A stretch of 64,000 nt of DNA from Balanoglossus misakiensis (Eukaryota > Animalia > Hemichordata): contig CM082581.2 in assembly GCA_040954595.2 (NCBI GenBank), positions 9,527,878-9,591,877 of the forward strand, in the 5' to 3' direction. A model generated the notes under the pieces. The model saw nothing but the letters and a program-made list of their open reading frames with translations, made no database searches and was not told the origin of the DNA. Shown here piece by piece: positions 43,201-54,057 of this stretch (within the stretch, counting starts at the first letter, position 1; every line of letters begins with the position of its first letter). Both the position numbers and the translations under genes were made by a program.

Positions 43201-46200
43201 ACACAGCACGGATGACCTAGACACAAGACATAGAATAAAGTCAAATTCGTTACAGATGAACCTCTGGCAAAAATAGCAACAGGCGATGTCAAGCCTTTCG
43301 AAAATAATAAGCAAACCATGCCCCCATACAAAATGATTACCGAGACACGGAACTCCATGAAGCAATTTTAATTTGTCAGGGGAAGTCATGTGTTATTCAA
43401 TGGTATCAATCTAAAAGTGGCGTGAACCGATGACCCAAAATTCATCTTCAAGGAATTCTGACTCTGCCACTCAGTATAGCAGGCTGTTCATCAATCGATA
43501 AGCGAAATCTGAGCCCTACTTGGAAGATTTCATTTTTTGCGATTTCAGGAAATGAAACGCGTGGTCGAGACGTTGCTGACAGAATTTTTCGACATGGTTT
43601 CACCGTTGCAGTGTCCCGTTGCATCGCGTGATTCGCGAGGCATTCAAGAACACATCATGTATGTAGAGCAAGTGACGAATCGTGAGACTGAAAATTCATT
43701 GGTTGAAAATCGTGTGGCCACAGTGTATATTAAGTGTACAGTGTATATTTCATTAATGACATATAAGTGAGATGAAGTTTCTTGTCCTGTGATATCAGGA
43801 AATGAACTGCAATAGATGATGTCAACCTAACCTTGGGATGGGAGTAAACCTCGCATTTCTCAGGGAAGCCATCATTAATGACGTCACACGTGTCCATCCA
43901 GCAAATTTCATTCCGAGCACATCCTGCTCGGATTTCGCATACATTCGAGTCATTTGGCCACAGAGAACAAATCAACAAGAGGCCAAAAGTGTCCTTAATA
44001 GCGCAAGAAATTAATAAAGTCGGCATGGTGTCAGAGTAACTGTGAAGCCGGTGTGGCGAGCCCTCAATGGGGTCTGTTAGAATTATTTCTCTTGGAACGA
44101 TAACACGTAGTGCGTGACTCTATAAAATGAACCTGGCGGGAAAATAACTACATGTCATCATCGACTTTAAAATTCAAAGCGTGAACAACTCATTTACCGA
44201 GTTCCGTGTTGATTTAAGCAAATGGTTCGCTCGGGAAGTGGATAAAAAAGCGCCGGATAAACGTTTTACAAATTGTAAGGTTAAGTACTTCTGACTTTCC
44301 CTTCAAATAACCGGGGGCTTAGTGCAACATTACCATCAAGCCTTGATGGTTGTAAGAATTAAGAGCACATTAAGACTTCCTTCGCTGTTCGTGCCACGAA
44401 TATATTGCAAAGACCAAACATACTGTAAGACTGCGCTCAGTACACGGTGGATGGCAACAGATTAGCATTGTAAATGAGATAAAGGGGGGGGGGGGGCATG
44501 GCTCGGATAAGTGGAATTAGGAACACCGTGACTGTTGACCGACCATTCACCTCTCCCGAGATATGCGAGTTCAGTCTGGTGCATCACATGTTACAACTGG
44601 TTTCTCCGGCCAGTTTCAGCGCGGCAGTTTACAAAATAGTCACGTGGTCGCTGAATAATTTTCTGTACTTTCATGAGTACATTGCAATACAAACATGGAC
44701 CTACCTTCAGTGTGCGATTTAGACGCTACAGCTGAATATTACCATCAGCAAATTGGCGGTTATTAAGCATTCGGCCTCTTACCCACTATCGTAAAGTGAC
44801 AAAGTATAGCCGTGTTGTCGATCTTCCATGCAAAATATACAAGAGTTTGGAGGCATTTTCAGATCAACTGAATGTAACTGTACCAGCAAGAGCTTTCACG
44901 TGCAGTTTCCTTCATCATAATCAGATGCAAGCAAAAAGCTAATTTATTCTAAACTTCAGCAGGTGCAAGCAGACGAACAAAAGGGTGTGAAAATTAAACA
45001 AAGGGGTGTCGAATGCATGAATACAAAAGACGGGTGACAGTTATCGGTAGAACAAAACCGTTATTTATCAGTACATTTGCATGATATGTGACCCTCCACA
45101 TTTACGAATACTGCTTGATTTCTGCAAGGATGCCGATGCGATCTCGCGCTACCCTGAGCCAAGCGACGGAAGAGATGGTCCAATATGACCTCACACAGCA
45201 AATAATAGCTGTTTATCATCGACTGTTTCTATGCGGCGTTGCAACGTCACTGTAGATCACTGTCCTGAAAACCAACACCTCACATCCGAAACATCAATGC
45301 CCTTCAAATCTAAGGGACATGAACAGTAATGGCGGAACGGAACTCCATTTAGCAGGGGGGAAAGCCATGTCCTTCAATTTACCTTGAGTCTCCAGACTCC
45401 GAAGCCGTATTTTTGTCTGAAGTGTAGCCGCCGGGAAAAAGATAATATGGCGCTACAAAATTTGATTTCCGATCTACTTTTTGCAGAATTAAAAAAGAAA
45501 AAAAACGGGTCGCCGTGAACCCCCTTAATGGAAAGTATATAGAAGCCGCCGTGAATGTACATGTGTGTGGGTTGGGTAATTACCGCACAAGTATAAAAAG
45601 CTTAAGTTTGATCATTCCTACTTCTCCGCACATGACCCCAAGGATACTGTAACATATTTGGGTACAGCGTGCTCGGGCCCTGCAACAGTGTTTCTTCTCG
45701 CAATATCGATGGCCCTCAAACACTAAAGTTCTAAAAGGGCTTTACTTGCGCAAGCCTTTGATGGATTTCAGGGTACTATTTTCTCTGCCATTCACATCAA
45801 CTTCGCATTGTAAAGATTCTGTGCAAAACACATCTTTTGTGATCGCTAAAAGTTTATATTCATAGGGGATCTTTAATGCACGGAATTCTCTATACATGCA
45901 TATACATACACATGATTTAATCATGTGCCTGATATTTGCAAGGCTAAGAATAGTCTGCGGCTGATCCGTTGCGTGGTACTTTGACGTGGATACTTCCTGT
46001 GATATTTTTCTGCCTGGTGGCAATCTCCAGCATCCGTCTTCCCTTGTGACATTTATCTTTTGTGCATGTGGTGTTATATTAACCACAATTGTGCCCAATT
46101 CTAGCCTAACACGAGGTTGCTTGCTATTCATTCTCTGTGTTGAAAGCGATGTCGACTGAAAAATTAATGCGCCAATGAACGAAATTATAATACACTTATC

Positions 46201-47319
46201 GCGCATAGTACACACTGGGGTGGTTTTTGTTCAACTGATACAATTCCTCACACGCTGTACATGAATATAGGCATGAATACGAGTACTGCTACGACGCACT
46301 CGTTTTTGGCGCTAACGAAGAATTAATAAGTGATTGAAGAATTCATGTGTGACTGATGTCCATGTACAGGATATCGATTTAACAGTGACAAACGGTCATT
46401 GAGCAAATTCAAATCAGCAGAAAAACACAAATAATCTATCAAAAGAAAAGTTAAAAAAAATTAAAAGCGGCGACTTTTCACCGATTATTTGCCGTAGAAT
46501 GCGTCTCTAGGTATTGCAAACAGTGGGGTTATTAGTTATAGCTATACTTTAGAGTGGTATTAAGGTACGCTGATAGCCGGCGCCGTGGTTTCCATGGAAA
46601 TAATAATTGTCGAGTGAATTCTGGTCTTTCCCTCCTCTAAAGCAATATCAATACCCGAAAGCTACTGCAGTGGTAACCAAGGAGACAATAATTGCGTAGA
46701 AGAATAATCTTATATCGTTTTCCATGTGCATGATTTGACTAGCTTCATTTCGCTAGGTGATGCGGTGAGGACCATGTACCACTCCCTGCGTTTTCATGCT
46801 CGGTTAAGTTTATTATTGCTATCTAGAGACCCCATGAGTTGAGTCTGCGTGGAGACTAACGATGACGATGGTCTATGTCAGAAAAGTCACGTCTTTCACA
46901 TTATCTTTCATTCGACTTTACCAGTTATGGAAAGGGTCTGAAGCTGGCATAGATCTTTTAACCTTGTTGCATGCTAAGTTGGTCGACTGAGATTACATGC
47001 GTTAGGTTAACGTATGCTTTGTTTATTTGTTGGTTTGTTTGTTTGTTCAACAAACCTGATTAATTTTGCTTTCGTATAAAGGGATTTCTTATACGAAGAG
47101 AATAAAAATGTGAAAGTCAACAAATTTAAATTTATTTCTGGGTTTTGGTATGACGGTAACACTTGCATGCTCATTGACTAAAGTAATCAAAGGCGAATTC
47201 CACGGTTGAAAAACGCAGGCATTAAATCCCACGAGACTCACAGCAACTGAAATCGTTTCCGAGATGTGTTGCGGTTTGAACTAAAGGGAAAGTTGCCATT
47301 TTAACGTGATAAGTCTAGG

Positions 47320-47393
47320 TTCAAAGGCTTCCATTTGAAAAATCTCAGTGATATTTTTCAAAAGCTTCCATTTGAAAAATCTCAGTGATATTT
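47320..47393. repeat. 37-bp tandem duplication, 2 copies
   Basis: ttcaaa(g/a)gcttccatttgaaaaatctcagtgatattt at 47320 and 47357; 1 mismatch. Confidence 0.95.
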
Positions 47394-47747
47394 CTTTTCG
47401 ATACTTTTTGTCAGAATTAAATAGATGGCCGAGTGCAGAGGTAACCGTGATGGGGCCTAATGGAAGTAAGGTCCAGGCGAATGTACTCTCCTCGCGGTGA
47501 AGGTGACATTCTCCCCTGAGCAAACGTGCCGTCGGTGACTGCATGATTGATGAATATTATCAGCGAGCGTAATTTCCTGTTTTTCCCACCCGAAAACAGT
47601 CTGGCAATTTAAGAGCAATCACTGAGTGTAAAGTAATCTCAGCTACAAACAAACCTCGGGCATGCGTCGAGAACTTTTTGGTCACACTTTCTTTTAAGTG
47701 TCTACGTGCCAAAATTTCGTATCGATACACCCTGGGAAAAAATAGCT

Positions 47748-47793
47748 GCTCATTGCGAGATCTCGCGAGACTTGGCTAATTTACCGTAGCAAC
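47748..47793 (+). repeat. Short dispersed repeat with TCTCGCGAGA core, copy B
   Basis: gctcattgcgagatctcgcgagacttggctaatttaccgtagcaac; matches copy A (inverted) and copy C. Confidence 0.8.
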
Positions 47794-48268
47794 GGTTCGT
47801 AGCCAGATAATACAATCGTGAGTGGGTAACCTCAAATACTGACATTATTTTTGCATCTAGAGCGAACCACAGAATCGTTAATCCTGTCCGTAAACCTTTA
47901 ACTTATACATGATACGGTGACATGTAAAAGATACCATCTCTGCAAGGTATATTCACTGCACTGTATAGAAAACACTTTCAATATTTAATGCACAACCTAA
48001 TCTTTACTGAGCTCATCCCACTTTGACATAGAATGATAGCTGGGATTAAATGACTAAGCCTATAAGCGTGAGCGCTTTTTTGACACGCAAAATACACGAA
48101 CATGGCCGTTTACACCTGATGAGAGAAAGACAGCGGAAATTCATACAATATGCAAGGGGTACTTCTCGAATGTCGTTGCTGAACTAGATCCGCTAGTTCA
48201 AGATTAACCCACTATCGTAGTATAGGTTATGTGAGGTAGACATCTGTTTGCATGGAGCCCAAGTTCTG

Positions 48269-48352
48269 ACTCACTCACTCACTCATTCACTGACTGACTG
48301 ATTCACTCACTCACTCACTCACTCATTCATTCATTCGTTCATTCATTCATTC
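48269..48352. repeat. Compound tetranucleotide microsatellite (TCAC/TCAT/TGAC), 20 units
   Basis: Read directly; lies ~210 nt upstream of the exon 2 acceptor. Confidence 0.92.
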
Positions 48353-48561
48353 CACTTGTTGTACGACCATGGTCTCTATCCTGTCTCCAGAGGGCCTTTT
48401 TATGTACTCGGAAAGGCTTCGCATTTGATTATCTCCGGCCACAAAGCCAGTATGCATGTTAGCCCATTCGAAGTTTGTTTCGAAAGTGTATCAAATATTA
48501 AATGTTTAGGGCAATGACGATTTTGTAATGTGTTATTTGTATTTGCTTCTTGTTTTCTCAG

Positions 48562-49490
48562 GTAAGCTGGTGCCTTTCCTTGAGTACACCACCGCCCAGA
48601 CATCCGTGTTGACGCTGGTCGCCATCGCAGTGGAGCGGTACGTCGCATTCTGCCATCCTTTGAAGGCTCAGTACATTTGCACCACAAGTAGAACCACCAA
48701 AATCTGCGTTCTGATCTGGGTGGTCGCCGGGAGCTTCTGCATTCCATACACCCAGTTCGCCAAGCACGAGCAAGGCGTGACACCAGAGGGCGATGTTCAG
48801 TACACCTGCGGGACGTACATCCTCTCCAAAGAGTCCAAGGCCTACGTCATATTGGGCACCGTCCTCTTCTTCTGCGTTCCCTTCGTTCTGCTGGCTGGTC
48901 TGTACAGCGCCATCGCGCACGCGCTTCGCGTCAGCATGAAGGGCAGCATGAGCGGCGGCCTGACGGCGACGCCGAGGGACGGACAGCCGCGCACAACCAA
49001 CGGCCATGGTCGCTCCAAGGCGCAGTACGACCTGGTGTCCAGAAGTGAATACACAAGAAAATGCTCGGATGCAAGCGAGTCCAGAAAGTGCTCCAAATCC
49101 TCATCTTCGAATGGTCCCCTACAAGCGAGACGTCGGGCTGTTTTCATGCTTTTCACGGTGGTCGTGGTCTTCTTTGTCTGCCTCTGGCCCCTGCGAGTTG
49201 TCACTCTGTGGTTCGTCTTCGGCCAACGTTCGACTTCCAGCTACAGTTACATGATGAGCATTTTGAACGTTGTAACATTCTGTCGAATTATGCTGTACCT
49301 GAATTCCTCCGTCAATCCGGTTCTATACAGCATCCTGTCGACGAAATTCCGGACCGCCTTCATGCGAGCCCTGGGCATTCGCCAGCGCAAATGCACTCGG
49401 AGTAACACGGCCATGACAACGCTTTCTATAGGCTCGCCCTTGAACAAGTCACCCATGCCGAGCCGAAGACATCAAAATATGTACGTGTAA
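48562..49490 (+). CDS. Coding exon 2 of the class A neuropeptide GPCR (TM3-TM7, C-tail)
   Basis: KLVPFLEYTTAQTSVLTLVAIAVERY (E/DRY), CHPLKA, TM4 W, ECL2 Cys, TM5 FFCVP..LY, long Ser/Thr-rich ICL3, TM6 FFVCLWP, TM7 YLNSSVNPVLY (NPxxY), helix 8 STKFR. Stop TAA at 49488-49490. Confidence 0.96.
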
Positions 49491-49742
49491 TTACTGGACA
49501 CGGTTCTCTTGTTTTTATGGACCGACATCCGTCAACTTTTCAGACTTTCGAGGGTCTCTCTAACTTTTTGGAGGGACGCGCAATCGATGAAACTTATATA
49601 TTTTCTTTGGGTTCGGCCATCACTACCACCAGTCCTTCAGAAGTCGGATCTACTACAAACTTGTTCAATTGTCCATAACGAATTCGTGATTTTAACATTG
49701 ATATGTTTTTAACAGTTACATTGTCAGGGCTGCTATGTTTAG

Positions 49743-49885
49743 TTAAGACAGTATGCACCTCTCAAACCTTCTCTCAAAAAAATTGCACAAGGCAACTTTA
49801 AATTACTTCCTCTTGAAATTGAGAATTAAAATTAGGGGTCACCTTGCAAAATGTTAGAGCAACGCTGTCTCAAATTTTACATTCT
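49743..49885 (+). mobile_element. Truncated copy 2 of the TTAA-flanked element, in the putative GPCR 3' UTR
   Basis: Starts TTAAGACAGTATGCACCTC (copy 1: TTAAGGAAGAATGTGCCTC) and shares aaattgagaattaaaattaggggtcaccttgcaaaat. Confidence 0.6.
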
Positions 49886-50525
49886 TATGCCCCCCGAACC
49901 CCTTCAGCAGGTACACGTAGGTAGGACAGAGGGTGGGTAGGTAGAAGGAAGATTTTAAAAAAATTATGTATTTCATTGATATGAGTGTTGAATTTCAAAT
50001 TACTCTTGATTTTTCAACTCTGTTTAAACACACAACCTTATCTTGACCTTATATTTACATATTCGTATTTTTTTTGATAGTCCAAATGTTGATACAGTAA
50101 GGCGTTCAAACTGATAAAAACGTTGTATTCATGTCTGCGCCACCAACGACAAGAACATTGAACATTCTTTCTGCAGTGCCAATACAAGTCCTGAACAAAT
50201 GTCATTGTAAATACTCGACACTTTTATCCGTGTAATAAATTTAAGAATAACTATTCCCACTTATCACAAATTGAAATTAACATTGAATGCTGATTTTGAT
50301 TATTATCTACACACAGTAATGTAGAAAAGATATGTTGTAATGTATTAATAATTTCTGCGTTGTAATAACCCTAGGGTAAACAACCTTTACAGTTACGATA
50401 CTTCTATATGTAAAACGTGGGCGTTATGCGCCGATAATTGTCTTGTGAAGGTGTGATTGCCACTGACATTATCATTCAATCCTTCGCGTGTATCACTTTG
50501 TAAATAGATACTTTGTCACGTTGTT

Positions 50526-50531
50526 AATAAA
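50526..50531 (+). terminator. Candidate polyadenylation signal of the GPCR (alternative AATAAA at 50234-50239)
   Basis: AATAAA ~1 kb after the stop codon, followed by GT/T-rich sequence (tgtgggttgtaatgtgtgg...gtcttgtctttgcctgttgt). Confidence 0.45.
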
Positions 50532-52076
50532 CTATAATTGTGGGTTGTAATGTGTGGTAAAACAAGTCTTGTCTTTGCCTGTTGTAAAGGGAAGCTTGTG
50601 GTACTTCTATCGCAAACAAACTTAATGTCACGGTAACTTGCAAAATATACATCTCCGACAATGCGAGCCATCTTGCACTGTGTAGTACATATTGGTCAGT
50701 GGCTGGATTATTAGAGCTGATAATTCGAAACGAATATTTCGGTGTCGTTTTGAGTATCAGGAGAAGAATTTAAACACGTGCGCACAACAACCGGGGGGGG
50801 GGGGGTTAATTTGCAACAGCGCGTCTGTAATCTTGGTCGTTGCCATTGTCATCGAATGTACACCACGGAATAGAATTCCAAGCCTTTGCTATAGGGTTGA
50901 TTAGTTGACCAGCGGATAGTGTCACCGAAACGCGGTCGCCTATACACGGTGCCAAAAGTACAGTAAGGTAATCAGATTTGTAGTAATTACTCTCCCCCCC
51001 CCCCTCCATGTTCATTCGCCTGGCAAGGTTTAGGTGCATGATCCAGCCAAAAGGGTTTCATTTTAATTGACTGCATTTCGAACAAAGGATCGGGTGGCTA
51101 TCTTGCCTAAGCAATGTAAGCAAATACTTTTATGCATGCATTTACGCTGCACCAACTGAAATATAAAAGCCAATTGCTGCTTCATTCATTACCGGGTCTT
51201 TGGCGAGCGACTGAGCCGTGAGACAGTGTAATGACTTCAGCGTTCGATTTCTTTGGTTAACCTCTGCGAATGAATCTCATAAACAGGAAACATCTGCTAA
51301 AATGGGAAATCAATGAATCACTTGGTAGCGCTGCTGAGTGAAGATATTACTTTATGAGTGAAGACAATAATGCTCGCAAATTGTACTTTGCCTACTATCA
51401 ACACGGCAAATAAACATTTCGCCTACTACTGTTACTGCTTTCTACTTCCTCACGAAAAGGGCAGGTTGCGTCGGAAATGACAGAAATGTCTTCCGAATTA
51501 CTCACTCTCTCTCTCACACACACACTGCCCGGAGATGTTCGCTCTAGGGTTACGAAATTAATTACCAGAAGACAAGTTTTAGCGTTCGGAAAGGTTTTCT
51601 CCGTGGCAGTAACTTCGTGCTAGTGAACAGACGCCGCCAAAACGAGTAGGCAACTGACAAGGTAGCCTGCTGTTCCCGCCAATTTACTGGTCACTACCAC
51701 CTGCCTCGAGTGAATAGGCTCTCCCTTTGTAAATGGCATACTTCAGATCAGAAACTGAAAGATCATACTCCAACGCACACGAGTCCTATGACCAGAGAAT
51801 GGGTTTGCAAAATCCTTCACAAACCAAAAAAAAACGCAAAGGGTTTGTCTCCTCTTCAGAAGGTTAACAAGCAATGGTATTGTCAAACGTAGTACTCTAT
51901 TGCCAATGCATTAATACAGAGCACCACTTAATGGATAACGCTCAGATGTAATCAGACATCTAACGATACTATCACTTGAACTTGACGCTTACCTTCCCTG
52001 TGGCCTTCGAAGTTAACGAGTAAGCGTGCACTATCACCACCGTGTATACGCGTACTGACTATCTATGATTTCCCGA

Positions 52077-52119
52077 TCATTGTGAAATCTCGCGAGATTT
52101 TGTTAATTACCGTTGCAAC
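52077..52119 (+). repeat. Short dispersed repeat with TCTCGCGAGA core, copy C
   Basis: tcattgtgaaatctcgcgagattttgttaattaccgttgcaac aligns with 47750-47793 with a few substitutions and one gap. Confidence 0.75.
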
Positions 52120-53966
52120 TGAATTCAAACCGAATGTACCCTTTTAGCTCCAGTCCTGTCCGGAGCGCGAGATTTGAACGCCACCTGTTGCTGTAGACCG
52201 TCCAATTGGAAGAGGCGGTTGCACTTGACCAGGGCAACTGCAGCAACGAGGCGCCTTTCTATACACATAGTAATGAAAACCTTTTGCAAACGGAAATGGC
52301 AATCTTATTACGAATATTGCGTCCTCTAACAATGAAAGTACTTTGAATTTGCCCAGTTATATGGATTGCGACCTTTTTGCTTATTACTCTCGCCAGTAGC
52401 GCTAGATTGTGAAGATTGATAAGACCCCCTCTCGAAAACCCCGATGGAACACTGCACTTGGATACCAATTACGCTTGAATCCCGGAGTGTTTGGACATCA
52501 CTCGAACACCCCGGAGCTAGTGCCGAGATTTTGAGCACGCTTTAAGTGAATTGGCTATTTCAAGCGATACAAAGTACCGTACGGGAGGGAAATGCCATAC
52601 GTTACTGCTATAGTAACCGCCGCGTCTGCCGCCATGCACCTGTGCGTTTTTAAGTTGTTTTTCGTTTCTGAAAAACTTGGTCGTGTTAGCAACCGATCAC
52701 GATGTGTAGTTCTTATAGTTCGTTGTTGAGTTCATGCATGCGTATGGGTTCCATGTTTGACGTGTTTACACCGAAGTGGCCGTTCGTGCATTAATGAACA
52801 ACGGCTTTTTCGCGAATAAATGTCACAAAAGAAGCTTCCACTCGCCCATAGATAAACGTGACAGCCGGGAAAAGCGATCCTTTAATCACGCACGGACGCT
52901 CTCAACGGGTCGATCTAAAATGTCATTATGACGGTGTGGAGATACCGTACCGGTGCATGTGCAAAGGGTTAAGTATTAATTCGCAGACATCGCCGAATCT
53001 ATTCAGCCGAATCGCCTCTAGTCTTTTTACATGCATGTTTGCGTTACAAATTTCGTTTCCTCTCACATGTTGGTCTCAAACAAAAAAGATTAAAATTCTT
53101 GTGGTGCCGCCCGTCTGTTCATCACCATCATTCCTTCCATAAACAGCCGTAGAGACTAAACCTAATCACGTGACGGTTCTTCTTCGTCTGTAAAAAGGTC
53201 TCTTAAAAATGGATACAGTGTAAATTTAAAGGGTACGCAACGGGCTTTAGTCGACTAACTTATTTCATGGGCACAAGGAAAAGGGAAAGCATCTTATAAT
53301 TAGGATTATCAGAGCGTGAAGCTTAATTCACAGTTGAAAAATAGTCTAGAAGAAAAGAAAAAACACTATACTATGTAATCAGGTGCGCTATACAATTATG
53401 ATGTAACCCAGTAAATGACCCATTAAGGAGGTCACTGGATATTTCCAATGTAAGAAAACTACTAGACACCAAGACAGGTAGTTTTTAAAGCTTGACTGCT
53501 CATCCTTAACGTTACCTCCCGCGACAACATGGCTCACGGATTATATTTAACAGAACAGTAAACTAATGCCCCAAGCGAGCTTGACTACATTGTGAAAGTA
53601 GAGATGAATATATTATTCTTGTGCTCTAAAATTCGTGTTATCATTACCTACAAACGTCACTTTCACTTTCCCATCGGCCGGGTAACGCTTAAGTTCCACC
53701 TTCCAAAATGTCACGTGCCTCGGGCACGACCAAGACATGTTTGACCTCAATTCATTCGTGTAGGTTAATGCAATGGTATACGTGTTCACATACGGCATAC
53801 ATGACCACGTCATTCTGTATTTAACGATAAATCAGATATACAAAGATTTCCAAAACATAGTCTGTGGTACATGTTACATGCAGTTAGAGTCTTCCTAATC
53901 GATCTGGAACGATGTTTATCGTAAAAAAAATCCGTCGGTGGAATCGTGATCTCAAATGACGATTAC

Positions 53967-54057
53967 ATTTTATAAACAGCACTCATGGCAAAATATTGTT
54001 TATTCTTCTTTATTCTAAGAATAAACAATATTTTGCCATGAGTGCTGTTTATAAAAT
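53967..54057. repeat. Perfect 41-bp inverted repeat with a 9-nt spacer
   Basis: attttataaacagcactcatggcaaaatattgtttattctt (53967-54007), spacer ctttattct, exact reverse complement at 54017-54057. Confidence 0.97.

Larger units (their letters stand above)
29173..48561 (+). other. 19,389-nt phase-1 spliceosomal GT-AG intron of the GPCR gene
   Basis: Donor GTAAGT at 29173. Acceptor ttgcttcttgttttctcAG ends at 48561. Splicing joins T+GT to restore the conserved Cys at the start of TM3 (EVMC-KLVPF) and gives a 1245-nt ORF (414 aa + stop). Confidence 0.93.

Noticed and set aside
45742-46215. 157-aa minus-strand ORF in the intron (longest non-GPCR ORF)
   Set aside because: Non-ATG start, no codon bias, no recognisable domain. 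A length like this can arise by chance in 64 kb.
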